From an uncultured Sphingomonadales bacterium (GTDB lineage Bacteria; Pseudomonadota; Alphaproteobacteria; Sphingomonadales; Sphingomonadaceae): 64,000 nt of DNA. The position numbers and the translations under genes are program-made. The notes under the pieces are model-generated. The model was not told the DNA's origin. It did no database searches and saw only the letters and a program-made list of their open reading frames with translations. Position 1 is the first letter of the stretch. Each line of letters starts with the position of its first letter. The stretch covers positions 116,975-180,974 of the forward strand of contig CAIMDB010000035.1 in the NCBI GenBank assembly GCA_903839675.1, written 5' to 3'. Below, piece by piece: positions 38,739 to 47,608 of this stretch.

Positions 38739-40172
38739 ATGACTCAAACCTACGACACCGAACTCAAGCTTTTCATCAATGGCAGTTGGAGGACCGGCGA
38801 AGGCCGTAACGAACATGCTGTCGTCAATCCGGCAACCGGCGATGTCCTCGCAGCTGTGCCCATGGCAACGGCGGCTGATCTTGATGAAGCACTTGCCGCG
38901 TCTGACCGCGGCTTCGTCACCTGGCGCGCCATGGACGTTGAGGCGCGCGGCGCCATCCTCCACAAGGTTGCAAGCCTGATCCGCGAGCGCACCGAAGCCA
39001 TCGCCGTCCTGCTCACGCTGGAACAGGGCAAGCCGCTGACCGAAGCGCGCGGTGAAGTCGCCTCGTCTGCCGGATTGTTCGACTATTACGCCGAAGAAGC
39101 AAAGCGCGCCCATGGCCGCGTTCTCATCCGCCCAACGGGCCAGCGCTCGATTGTCATAAGGCAGCCGGTCGGGCCAACGGCGACCTTCACGCCCTGGAAC
39201 TTCCCCGTCTATCTAATGACCAAGAAGCTGGCCGCCGCCCTTGCTGCAGGCTGTTCGGTCATCGCCAAGCCGCCGGAAGAGACGCCGGGCTGCACCTCTG
39301 CGCTCATGCGCTGCGTGATTGATGCAGGCGTCCCCGCCGATGTCGCGCAGCTTGTCTATGGTGTGCCGGATATGGTGAGCCGCCATCTGATCGGCTCCAA
39401 GACGATCCGCAAGATCAGCTTCACCGGCTCCATCCCGGTCGGCAAGCATTTGATGCGCCTCGCCGCAGATGGCGCCAAGCGCATCACGATGGAACTGGGC
39501 GGCCACGCACCCGTCCTCATCTTTGATGATTGCGATCTGGAAAAGACGCTCGACATGGTCGTGCCCCAGAAGTTCCGCAATGCGGGGCAGGTCTGTGTCT
39601 CCCCCACCCGCTTTTACGTCCAGCGCGGCATTTATGACCGCTTCGTCGCAGGCTTTGCCGAACGCACCAAGAAGGTCACAACCGGCAGCGGACTAGACCC
39701 GGCGACCAATATGGGGCCGCTCGCCAATCCGCGCCGGCCCGACGCCATTGGTGCGCTGGTCGAAGACGCCCGCAAGAAGGGCGCCAAGGTTCTGACAGGT
39801 GGCGAGCGTGGCAATCAGGGCTTCTTCTTCCAGCCAACCGTCCTCGCAGATGTGCCGCTGGAAGCTGATGTCATGTCGAACGAGCCATTCGGCCCACTCG
39901 CTTTGCTGCGCCCGTTCGACACGTTCGACGACGCCATCGAGCAGGCCAACCGCCTGCCTTACGGCCTCGCCGCCTTTGCCTTCACCGAAAACGGTCGGCA
40001 AGCGAACCTGCTGGGCGACGCGATTGAAAGCGGGATGGTCGGCATCAACACCTTCGCCATCTCCGTGCCCGATGCGCCCTTTGGCGGCGTCAAGGAATCC
40101 GGCTTTGGCAGCGAGGGCGGACCGGAAGGTCTGGACAGTTACCTCGTGACCAAGGCGATCCATCAGGCGTGA
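38739..40172 (+). CDS. NAD-dependent succinate-semialdehyde-dehydrogenase-family aldehyde dehydrogenase
   Basis: PWNFP, FTGSIPVG, MELGGHAP, RNAGQVCVSP, EPFGP, GSEGG. Confidence 0.9.
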   Translation: MTQTYDTELKLFINGSWRTGEGRNEHAVVNPATGDVLAAVPMATAADLDEALAASDRGFVTWRAMDVEARGAILHKVASLIRERTEAIAVLLTLEQGKPLTEARGEVASSAGLFDYYAEEAKRAHGRVLIRPTGQRSIVIRQPVGPTATFTPWNFPVYLMTKKLAAALAAGCSVIAKPPEETPGCTSALMRCVIDAGVPADVAQLVYGVPDMVSRHLIGSKTIRKISFTGSIPVGKHLMRLAADGAKRITMELGGHAPVLIFDDCDLEKTLDMVVPQKFRNAGQVCVSPTRFYVQRGIYDRFVAGFAERTKKVTTGSGLDPATNMGPLANPRRPDAIGALVEDARKKGAKVLTGGERGNQGFFFQPTVLADVPLEADVMSNEPFGPLALLRPFDTFDDAIEQANRLPYGLAAFAFTENGRQANLLGDAIESGMVGINTFAISVPDAPFGGVKESGFGSEGGPEGLDSYLVTKAIHQA

Positions 40173-40200
40173 GCAGGTCGCCGGGGTCCGCCCGGTTTTG

Positions 40201-40214
40201 ATGATCAAGATCAA
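40201..40214. promoter_or_regulatory. Possible FNR/FixK box (ATGAT-caag-ATCAA)
   Basis: One mismatch to TTGAT-N4-ATCAA, about 65 nt upstream of the DUF2892 gene. Confidence 0.4.
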
Positions 40215-40276
40215 TGACACCCAACCGTGGCGCGCAGATGCTGTGCACGCTGTAAAACACGGCTGAGGAAAACATC

Positions 40277-40465
40277 ATGCGCCAAAATGAAGGTTCACTC
40301 GACCGCACACTGCGCGTCATCATTGGCATTGTCCTGATCGCCATGGTCTTTGTCGGACCCAAGGCTGCTTGGGGATGGATTGGGGTCATACCGCTGCTAA
40401 CCGGATTGGTGGGCGTCTGCCCGCTTTATCGTTTGATTGGGATGAGCACCTGCCCGCGCCGCTGA
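40277..40465 (+). CDS. DUF2892 (YgaP-like) small membrane protein
   Basis: NEGSLDRTLRVIIG...PLLTGLVGVCPLYRLIGMSTC. Confidence 0.88.
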   Translation: MRQNEGSLDRTLRVIIGIVLIAMVFVGPKAAWGWIGVIPLLTGLVGVCPLYRLIGMSTCPRR

Positions 40466-40543
40466 GCGTGTCCAGTTTTCCGCGATAGCCAGTCGGCCCT
40501 GTCTGTCTTAAACGGCAGGCATGGCTTGTGGCTGGATATTGAG

Positions 40544-40897
40544 ATGAAACGGCCCCTCTGGGTTGCGGCGGGTGCAGTGTCGCTGGGCCTCGGCGCTATC
40601 GGCACGGTCCTTCCCCTGTTGCCGACCGTTCCGTTCGTCATCCTCGCGGCCTTCTGTTTTGCGCGGGGAAGTCCCGCATGGGAGGCCAAGCTGCTCGCCC
40701 ACCCAATTTTCGGGCCACATATCCGAAGCTGGCGGGAAAAGGGCGCGATCAGCCGCAAAGGAAAGCTCGCTGCGACAGGAGCTTTTGCGGTGAGCATCCT
40801 GATTGGGATCTGGGCGATGAGTTGGCCCTATGTCGCCATTCCGCCTGTCGTCGCCGTGATCTGCCTGAGCTGGTTGTGGACGCGGCCGGAGGCGTGA
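40544..40897 (+). CDS. YbaN/DUF454 family membrane protein
   Basis: LGAIGTVLPLLPTVPFVILAAFCFARGS...HPIFGPHI. Confidence 0.88.
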   Translation: MKRPLWVAAGAVSLGLGAIGTVLPLLPTVPFVILAAFCFARGSPAWEAKLLAHPIFGPHIRSWREKGAISRKGKLAATGAFAVSILIGIWAMSWPYVAIPPVVAVICLSWLWTRPEA

Positions 40898-40934
40898 TCT
40901 TCCAACGGTCCGCCTTCCCGACTAAAGACGAGTC

Positions 40935-42590
40935 ATGACGAACTCCAAGACACGCACCGGCGGACGCATCCTCGTTGATCAGCTTGTGATCCAGGGCTGT
41001 GACCGAATCTTCTCTGTCCCCGGTGAGAGCTTTCTCGCTGTCCTAGACGCGCTGCATGACAGTCCGCAGATCCAGAATGTGGTCTGCCGTCAGGAAGGCG
41101 GCGTCACCTTCATGGCCTGTGCAGATGGCACGTTGACGGGGCGTCCCGGCATTGCCTTCGTCACACGAGGGCCGGGTGCCACAAATGCCTCCATCGGCGT
41201 CCATGTCGCCATGCAGGATTCGCAGCCGATGATCCTGTTCATCGGCGATGTCGACCGCGGCATGAAAGACCGCGAAGGTTTTCAGGAAGTCGATTTTGCA
41301 GCGATGTTTGGCCCCTTATGCAAATGGGCGGCGCGCATTGATGAGGCCGCACGCATCCCCGAATATGTGGCGCGCGCCTTTAACGTAGCGATGTCAGGAC
41401 GACCGGGGCCCGTGGTGCTCGCTTTGCCGGAAGACATGCTGTGCGAGCTGGCCGAAACTTTGGACCGCCCGCGCGTTGATCCGGTCGTTCAGGCGACACA
41501 CCCTGACCAGATGACGGACTTGGCCGATAGACTAGCGGCGGCGAAGGCCCCCATCGCGATCATCGGCGGCGCGGGATGGACGGCTGAGGCTGCGCGGGAT
41601 TTCCAATCCTTTACTGAACGCTGGGGCCTGCCCGTTGCAGCTGGCTTCCGACGTCAGGATGCGATCTCAAACAGCTCCCCCGTCTGGGCGGGCAATCTTG
41701 GTTATGGGCCGAGCCCGAAGCTGGTGGCGCGCATCAAGGCGGCAGACCTTGTGCTGGCCGTCGGCGCGCGACTGGGCGAAGCGACGACGGACAGCTATAC
41801 GCTCGTCACACCGGACCATCCCGGGCAGACCCTCATCCACGTTCACCCGGACCCCGATGAACTGAACCACGTCTATCGTGCCGACCTTGCCATCTGCGCC
41901 GACATGACATGCTTTGCGCAGAGCGCAGCGGCGCTTCCAGCTCCGACGGAACCCTCGCCTGAGGGTGCGCAAGCCCATGCCGAATGGCAAGCTTGGAACA
42001 CCCCAGCCCCCTTCGAAACGAAGGTCGATCTCGGCCAATGTGTCGCCGCCATGCGCGACGCGCTGCCCGCCGATACGATCATCTGCAATGGCGCGGGCAA
42101 TTTCTCCGGCTGGTGGCATCGTTATTGGCCCTATGGCGGCCTTGGCACGCAGTTGGCGCCGACCGCAGGAGCGATGGGCTATGGCCCGCCCGCTGCTGTC
42201 GCTGCCGCCCTGCGTCGCCCCGACAAAACCGTCGTTGCGCTGGCGGGTGACGGCGACTTCATGATGAATGGGCAGGAACTGGCGACGGCCATGCAATATG
42301 GCTGCAACATCATCGTGATCGTGGTCGACAATGGCGTCTACGGCACGATCCGCATGCATCAGGAACGCGAGTATCCAACACGCGTATCGGGCACGGGCCT
42401 GTCGAATCCCGATTTTGCGGCACTTGCCCGCGCTTATGGTGGTTGGGCGGCAACCGTGGAAACGACGGCAGAGTTTGCACCTGCTTTGACCGAGGCAAAA
42501 GGCCGGTCAGGGCTGCGGCTGCTGCATCTGAAGACTGATCCTGATCGGATCAGCGCAGGCACGACGATTTCGGCGTTGCGCGCGAAGTAG
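40935..42590 (+). CDS. Thiamine-pyrophosphate-binding protein (acetolactate-synthase-like)
   Basis: VPGESFL, RQEGG, TRGPGATN, GDGDFMMNGQE...VVDNG TPP motif. Confidence 0.9.
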   Translation: MTNSKTRTGGRILVDQLVIQGCDRIFSVPGESFLAVLDALHDSPQIQNVVCRQEGGVTFMACADGTLTGRPGIAFVTRGPGATNASIGVHVAMQDSQPMILFIGDVDRGMKDREGFQEVDFAAMFGPLCKWAARIDEAARIPEYVARAFNVAMSGRPGPVVLALPEDMLCELAETLDRPRVDPVVQATHPDQMTDLADRLAAAKAPIAIIGGAGWTAEAARDFQSFTERWGLPVAAGFRRQDAISNSSPVWAGNLGYGPSPKLVARIKAADLVLAVGARLGEATTDSYTLVTPDHPGQTLIHVHPDPDELNHVYRADLAICADMTCFAQSAAALPAPTEPSPEGAQAHAEWQAWNTPAPFETKVDLGQCVAAMRDALPADTIICNGAGNFSGWWHRYWPYGGLGTQLAPTAGAMGYGPPAAVAAALRRPDKTVVALAGDGDFMMNGQELATAMQYGCNIIVIVVDNGVYGTIRMHQEREYPTRVSGTGLSNPDFAALARAYGGWAATVETTAEFAPALTEAKGRSGLRLLHLKTDPDRISAGTTISALRAK

Positions 42591-42594
42591 GAGC

Positions 42595-43383
42595 TTAATC
42601 CCCCGCGCGCTTCGCGGTGCGGAAGCTTTCGCGCGTCACTGGATAACCCAGATCATCGGGGATGCAGAGCCAGGTCTCTTCCCCGTTCTTTTCGACCCAA
42701 GGAGTGCACATGCGCACGGGGATTTCGCGGGCATGCTCTGCGGCCGCGTCAAACGTGTCGAACAGCGCGAGCCGTTCCAGATTGCGGTGGGTGGGGAAGA
42801 TCACATGGACGTCGCCGCGCAGTGCCGCGTCGATGGTCGCCTGTGCACTGTCCCAAAAAGTACGCACATTTTCGGTCGCATCAACAATGGCTTCGGGCAG
42901 ATCATCCGGCGCGCGGGCGATATAGAAACGTGTGTCAAACACGCGGGCTTCCTTGAAGTTCGGGCGCCAGCGGGCAAAAGGCACGAGCTGATCCAGATCC
43001 AACTCAAGCTGGGCCGCATCGAGCAGCTCGCTAAACATCTGGCGGTTGTGGAGCGCCTTGCGCGCTTCTTCCAGCCAGCCGGAGGGCGGCGTGGTCGTCA
43101 GACCGATGGGGACGCCCGATTCCTCGATGGTTTCGCGGATGGCAGCAATACGCGCGGCGGCGCACTCTCGCTCAATATGCGCGTGACGATCGGCGAGCAG
43201 ATGATCATCGGGGTCAATGCGTCCGCCGGGAAACACGATGGCGCCACCTGCAAAAGCCATGCCTTTGGAGCGCTCAACCAGCAACAGTTCAGGAGCCCCA
43301 TCCGCGCGTTCACGAAAGAGAATCAGCGTCGAAGCTGGAATGGCGGGGACCAAGAATTCGGGATCACCGGTTTCGATATTCAC
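42595..43383 (-). CDS. NUDIX hydrolase (NUDT19-like)
   Basis: VFPGGRID...AAIRETIEESG, FDTRFY, IFPT. Confidence 0.85.
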   Translation of the reverse strand: MNIETGDPEFLVPAIPASTLILFRERADGAPELLLVERSKGMAFAGGAIVFPGGRIDPDDHLLADRHAHIERECAAARIAAIRETIEESGVPIGLTTTPPSGWLEEARKALHNRQMFSELLDAAQLELDLDQLVPFARWRPNFKEARVFDTRFYIARAPDDLPEAIVDATENVRTFWDSAQATIDAALRGDVHVIFPTHRNLERLALFDTFDAAAEHAREIPVRMCTPWVEKNGEETWLCIPDDLGYPVTRESFRTAKRAGD

Positions 43384-43482
43384 GCGCGTCGCTCTCCTGC
43401 GGCTGTGTTGCCGTCAGTCTCGTCTTGAACCACAGCGCGCGAAGGGACAAGCTGCTAACTCGACCAGTGGGGTCGGTGGGAG

Positions 43483-44094
43483 ATGATGATGGGTATTGTC
43501 GAACTTCTCGGCGTCGCCGCCAGCGTCAGCCTTCTCGCCGGATGGCGGCTCTATCTCTGCGTTTTTGGCACCGGCCTCGCCATGTATTTCGGCCTGATTC
43601 AAGCACCTGAGCATGTGGCAGGGCTTCAGGTGCTCGCCAACCCATGGGTCATTGGGGCCTCAGGCTTGGGGCTGATTGCTGAGTTTTTTGCCGACAAGAT
43701 CGCTTGGCTCGATTCGCTGTGGGACTCTGTCCACACCGCGATCCGCCCCATTGGTGGTGCGCTGCTGGCCATGGCCATTGTCGATCCATCGAACACGACT
43801 TGGCAGGTCGTGGCGCTCCTTTTGGGCGGCAGCGCGGCGTTGGTCAGCCATGGGGCAAAGGCGGGCACGCGCGCCGTCGTCAATGCGAGCCCGGAACCCT
43901 TTAGCAATGTGGCAGTCTCCACCGGCGAGGACATCGTGACCGGCGGGCTGCTCTATCTGGTCCTGCAACAACCGATGGCCGCGGGGCTCGTCGCAGTCGC
44001 TCTACTACTTGGCGCCATTGCGCTGCTCATCGCCGTACGACGGATGCTCCAGACCCTGTTCGCTGTGCCGAAGGTGAAAACCGACGCGCGTTAA
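43483..44094 (+). CDS. DUF4126 membrane protein
   Basis: AGWRLY, EFFADKIAWLDSLWD, ASPEPFSNVAVSTGED. Confidence 0.85.
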   Translation: MMMGIVELLGVAASVSLLAGWRLYLCVFGTGLAMYFGLIQAPEHVAGLQVLANPWVIGASGLGLIAEFFADKIAWLDSLWDSVHTAIRPIGGALLAMAIVDPSNTTWQVVALLLGGSAALVSHGAKAGTRAVVNASPEPFSNVAVSTGEDIVTGGLLYLVLQQPMAAGLVAVALLLGAIALLIAVRRMLQTLFAVPKVKTDAR

Positions 44095-45206
44095 ACGCGC
44101 ATCGGCATCAGAACGTAGAGCGCAGGCGACTTGTCGTTTTCGCGGATCAGCGTCGGTGCGGCGGCGTCGGCCAGATGCACTTCCACTGTTTCGCTTTCGA
44201 TCTGGCTCAAAATGTCCATCAGATAGCGCGCGTTGAAACCGATTTCGAAGCCTTCCGAGCCATATTCGCCGGAGACTTCTTCGGCCGCCGTGCCGTTTTC
44301 CGGCGAGGTGACGGAGAGGGTGATCCGATCCGGCTCCAGCGCCATTTTCACAGCACGTGTCTTTTCCAGCGCGATCGTCGACACGCGGTCAACGCCCGAC
44401 ATGAAGGCCTTCGGGTCAATCTTCAGGATCTTGTCATTCCCGGTTGGGATGACGCGGTTATAGTCCGGGAAGGTGCCGTCGATCAGCTTAGACGTCAGCA
44501 CCGCTGTGCCAAGGCCGAAGCGAATCTTGGTGGCAGACAGCGTAACTTCAACCGTGCCTTCAACTTCATCGAGCAGCTTGCGCAGCTCTGCCACGCATTT
44601 GCGCGGGATGATGATGTCCGGCATGCCTTCTGCGCCTTCGGGACGGGGCACCGTCACGCGGGCAAGGCGGTGACCGTCGGTCGCAGCCGCCTTCAGAACA
44701 GGCTGGCCATCGTCGCCGACGTGCAAGAAAATGCCGTTCAAATAATAGCGCGTTTCTTCGGTTGAAATCGCAAAGCGCGTCTTGTCGATCATCTGGCGCA
44801 GCGTGGCGGCAGGCAATTCAAACTTCGTCGGCAGTTCGCCTTCAGCAATGATCGGGAAGTCATCGCGCGGCAAAGTGTTGAGGCTGTAGCGCGAGCGCGC
44901 GGCGACGACCTGCATCTTGCCGTCCGACGCGGTCAGCGAGACCTGCGTGCCTTCCGGCAGCTTGCGCACAATGTCAAACAGCGTGTGGGCGGACACGGTG
45001 GTCGACCCCGCCACTTCGACGCTGGCCGCTTCCATCGTCTCATTGATCTGGAGATCAAGATCGGTTGCCATCAGTCGCATCGAGCCGTCCGACAGTGCTT
45101 CAATCAGCACATTCGAGAGAATCGGGATCGTGTTGCGACGCTCCACCACGGACTGGACGTGCCCGAGGCTCCTGAGCAGGTTTGCGCGTTCGATCGTCGC
45201 CTTCAT
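44091..45206 (-). CDS. dnaN: DNA polymerase III beta sliding clamp
   Basis: VVERRNTIPILSN, STEETRYYLNG, ATDGHRL, SKLIDGTFPDY, LYVLMPMRV. Confidence 0.98.
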   Translation of the reverse strand: MKATIERANLLRSLGHVQSVVERRNTIPILSNVLIEALSDGSMRLMATDLDLQINETMEAASVEVAGSTTVSAHTLFDIVRKLPEGTQVSLTASDGKMQVVAARSRYSLNTLPRDDFPIIAEGELPTKFELPAATLRQMIDKTRFAISTEETRYYLNGIFLHVGDDGQPVLKAAATDGHRLARVTVPRPEGAEGMPDIIIPRKCVAELRKLLDEVEGTVEVTLSATKIRFGLGTAVLTSKLIDGTFPDYNRVIPTGNDKILKIDPKAFMSGVDRVSTIALEKTRAVKMALEPDRITLSVTSPENGTAAEEVSGEYGSEGFEIGFNARYLMDILSQIESETVEVHLADAAAPTLIRENDKSPALYVLMPMRV

Positions 45207-45346
45207 TCAAAACCCCCGAAAGATGGTCTGATACCCCTGATGGACAGGGACTTATGGTTCCTTGGACGGTCATGGACAAGAATATGCCTGCGGGCAAGTC
45301 CGCGCGCCGCTTGCCATTGGAGAAAATTGTGGGAAAAGCGCTGCCC

Positions 45347-45982
45347 ATGACACTCAAAGGCCGCATCTTCATCGCTCGCCACGGCGAGACCGTGTTCAAC
45401 TTCGCAAAAAGGATGCAGGGCGACAAGCGCGACACACCTTTGACGCGCACCGGATTCGCGCAGGCGGACGCGATGGGGTCAGAGCTTGCGGCCTATATCG
45501 GGCCCGGCACACCGCTCCATCTCTGGTCCTCACCCTCCGGCCGCGCGCTCCAGACATTGGCCGTCATTTGCGAGCACATTGAGCAGGATTGGCATCTGGC
45601 CAAGCACGACCCCCGCCTCTTTGAAATCAATGTCGGCGATTGGGCGGGGCGCACTTATGCCGAAATCATGGAGGAGATTGGGCCAATCATCGACCCGGAA
45701 ACGAGCCTGTTCAGCGTCCGCGCGCCGGGTGGGGAATGGTATGATGAAATTGCCGCCCGCCTGACGAGCTGGATCAACGACACCGCCCATATCGAAGGCG
45801 ACCGGCTGGTGCTGATGCATGGCATGTCGAGCCGGGTATTGCGCGGCCTGCTGCTTGGGCTCGAGGTCAAGGCACCCTGGAACGCACCCATCGCACCGAG
45901 CCTGCCACAAGGGACAATGGTCGTCATTGAAAACGGCGTGGAGCAGATTGTGCGACAAGGCGGCGGAACGCACCACGCATGA
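45347..45982 (+). CDS. Histidine phosphatase (phosphoglycerate mutase family)
   Basis: IARHGET, SSPSGRALQT, EINVGDW, MHG. Confidence 0.88.
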   Translation: MTLKGRIFIARHGETVFNFAKRMQGDKRDTPLTRTGFAQADAMGSELAAYIGPGTPLHLWSSPSGRALQTLAVICEHIEQDWHLAKHDPRLFEINVGDWAGRTYAEIMEEIGPIIDPETSLFSVRAPGGEWYDEIAARLTSWINDTAHIEGDRLVLMHGMSSRVLRGLLLGLEVKAPWNAPIAPSLPQGTMVVIENGVEQIVRQGGGTHHA

Positions 45983-46458
45983 AGCGGGCGGGCGTCCTTG
46001 CGGTCCTCCTCCTCGGCGGTGCCGCGCAGGCGCGGGACGCTTTGGGCATTTTCGATGGCTGGGGCGCGTTCAAGGACGAGAACCCCTATCGCTGCTTTGC
46101 GATTGCGGCGCCGGTGGATGAGAATAAGGGAAAATGGCGGCCCTTTGCCAGCATCGGGCATTGGCCGGACCGGAACGTCCGCAGCCAGCTGCACATCCGC
46201 CTGAGCCGGGAACGGCGCGCCTCAGCCGACGTTATCCTGACAGTGGGGGAACGCCGCTGGCGGCTCGTCGCCGGTCCCTATGATGCCTGGGCGCCGTCCC
46301 CGCGTCACGACGCCTTCATCATCGCCAAAATCCGCTCCGCCCGCAGCATGAGCGTGTCGTCCGTGGCCAAGGATGGTAGCGCCTTTGCGGACACCTATCG
46401 CCTAAAAGGGGCCGCCACCGCGATTGATGCAGCCGCACTTGGCTGCGTCAACCGTTAG
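45979..46458 (+). CDS. Exported protein, invasion-associated locus B (IalB)-like
   Basis: Signal peptide AAQA-RD, FDGWGAF...CFAIA, TYRLKGAATAIDAA..GC. Confidence 0.6.
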   Translation: MKRAGVLAVLLLGGAAQARDALGIFDGWGAFKDENPYRCFAIAAPVDENKGKWRPFASIGHWPDRNVRSQLHIRLSRERRASADVILTVGERRWRLVAGPYDAWAPSPRHDAFIIAKIRSARSMSVSSVAKDGSAFADTYRLKGAATAIDAAALGCVNR

Positions 46459-46468
46459 GAAACCGCTC

Positions 46469-46534
46469 CCGTTTGTGTCGAGCGACGTCGAGACACTCTG
46501 GCACGAGGTCCCTCGACTTCGCTCGGGATGAGCG
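46469..46534. repeat. REP-like palindromic repeat (TCGAGCGNNGTCGAGA...TCGACTTCGCTCG variant)
   Basis: ccgtttgtgtcgagcgacgtcgaga ... ctcgacttcgctcgggatgagcgg; CCGTT...CGG termini as in the 50112 copy; between convergent genes. Confidence 0.7.
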
Positions 46535-46541
46535 GGAATGT

Positions 46542-47519
46542 TTAGGGCGCCCCGACTGTCGTCTTCGGCGCATCCTGCGCCAGCCGGTCACTGGGCGGTG
46601 CCATGCCCGAAGGCATCAGGAACTTGATCTTGCGCGCCGCAAAATCAACCGAGACACGCTGAAACGCCCGCAGGCTTTCCATTCCCAGCAGCATCGACGG
46701 CTTCTTTTCCAGCTCAAACAGTTTGAAGGGATGCGCGTCGGCAAAGGCCAGCGCCGCATTGCCCAGCATCACCCCGCCGATCCGCAGCCGGCTGACGACG
46801 GTATAGTCCGCCGGCGTTGACTTACCGAGCACGTCGATCATCTGGATGGGTTTGACCATGGTTGCCGGATTGCGTTCCACCATCAGCTTGCGCAGCCGGT
46901 TGTTGCCGACACTGTTCTGTGCGCCGGTATCAACGATGACCCAGACCTTCTGGCCATTGGCATCCGCATCGGCGAGGACCAGCTGGCCCAGCCGCGTCCG
47001 CGCCGTCACGACAATCACGTCCACGCCTTCGGGCACGTCGTCTTCCGGCGTATCGGAGGCCTGCAACGTCATTGTGCCCGCCTGAAAATCCATCACGATC
47101 CGCTGCCCCTTCAGGCTATCGATCCCGATCAGGCCATCAGCCCCGACATATTTGCGCGGCAGTGCCGCAGCCCTCACTTTCCGGCTGACTTTGTCGGACA
47201 CCTGAATCCGGTCGATTCTGACCATGTTCACCTGCGCCGAGCCACCCATGGCGTGCAGCTTGGCTGTGCCGGATTTGGGCAGCGCCAGTTGTTCGGCCAG
47301 TTCCTTGGAAATAACCGTGCGGTCCGCACCCGTATCGATAACGAAGTGAAAAGGCCCCTGCCCGTTGATGGTGACGGGCACTGTCATCCGTCTGGATAGG
47401 TCTTCTCCCGCAGCAACCGTGGTTGCAACCGGAGGAACATCGCCCGCGACGTGTTCCGGCGTGGCGGCGAATGCAGGTGCAGCGACAAACAGCGCGGCAG
47501 CTAGGCTTCCAATGCGCAT
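46542..47519 (-). CDS. Exported aspartyl protease with two retropepsin-like domains
   Basis: Signal peptide, FVIDTGADRT and VIVDTGAQNS, GLIGID and MLLGME. Confidence 0.85.
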   Translation of the reverse strand: MRIGSLAAALFVAAPAFAATPEHVAGDVPPVATTVAAGEDLSRRMTVPVTINGQGPFHFVIDTGADRTVISKELAEQLALPKSGTAKLHAMGGSAQVNMVRIDRIQVSDKVSRKVRAAALPRKYVGADGLIGIDSLKGQRIVMDFQAGTMTLQASDTPEDDVPEGVDVIVVTARTRLGQLVLADADANGQKVWVIVDTGAQNSVGNNRLRKLMVERNPATMVKPIQMIDVLGKSTPADYTVVSRLRIGGVMLGNAALAFADAHPFKLFELEKKPSMLLGMESLRAFQRVSVDFAARKIKFLMPSGMAPPSDRLAQDAPKTTVGAP

Positions 47520-47608
47520 GGTCCTCTCCTCAGAGCCCGGCCTCTGTTCTTATCGCCGGAATGGCAGGATAGCATTGCCGGTCTGGCGATGCAAAGAGAT
47601 CGCGGGCT

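Noticed and set aside
45325-45337. TGTGGGAAA near the dnaN promoter as a possible DnaA box
   Set aside because: Two mismatches to TTATCCACA and single copy; no origin-like cluster.
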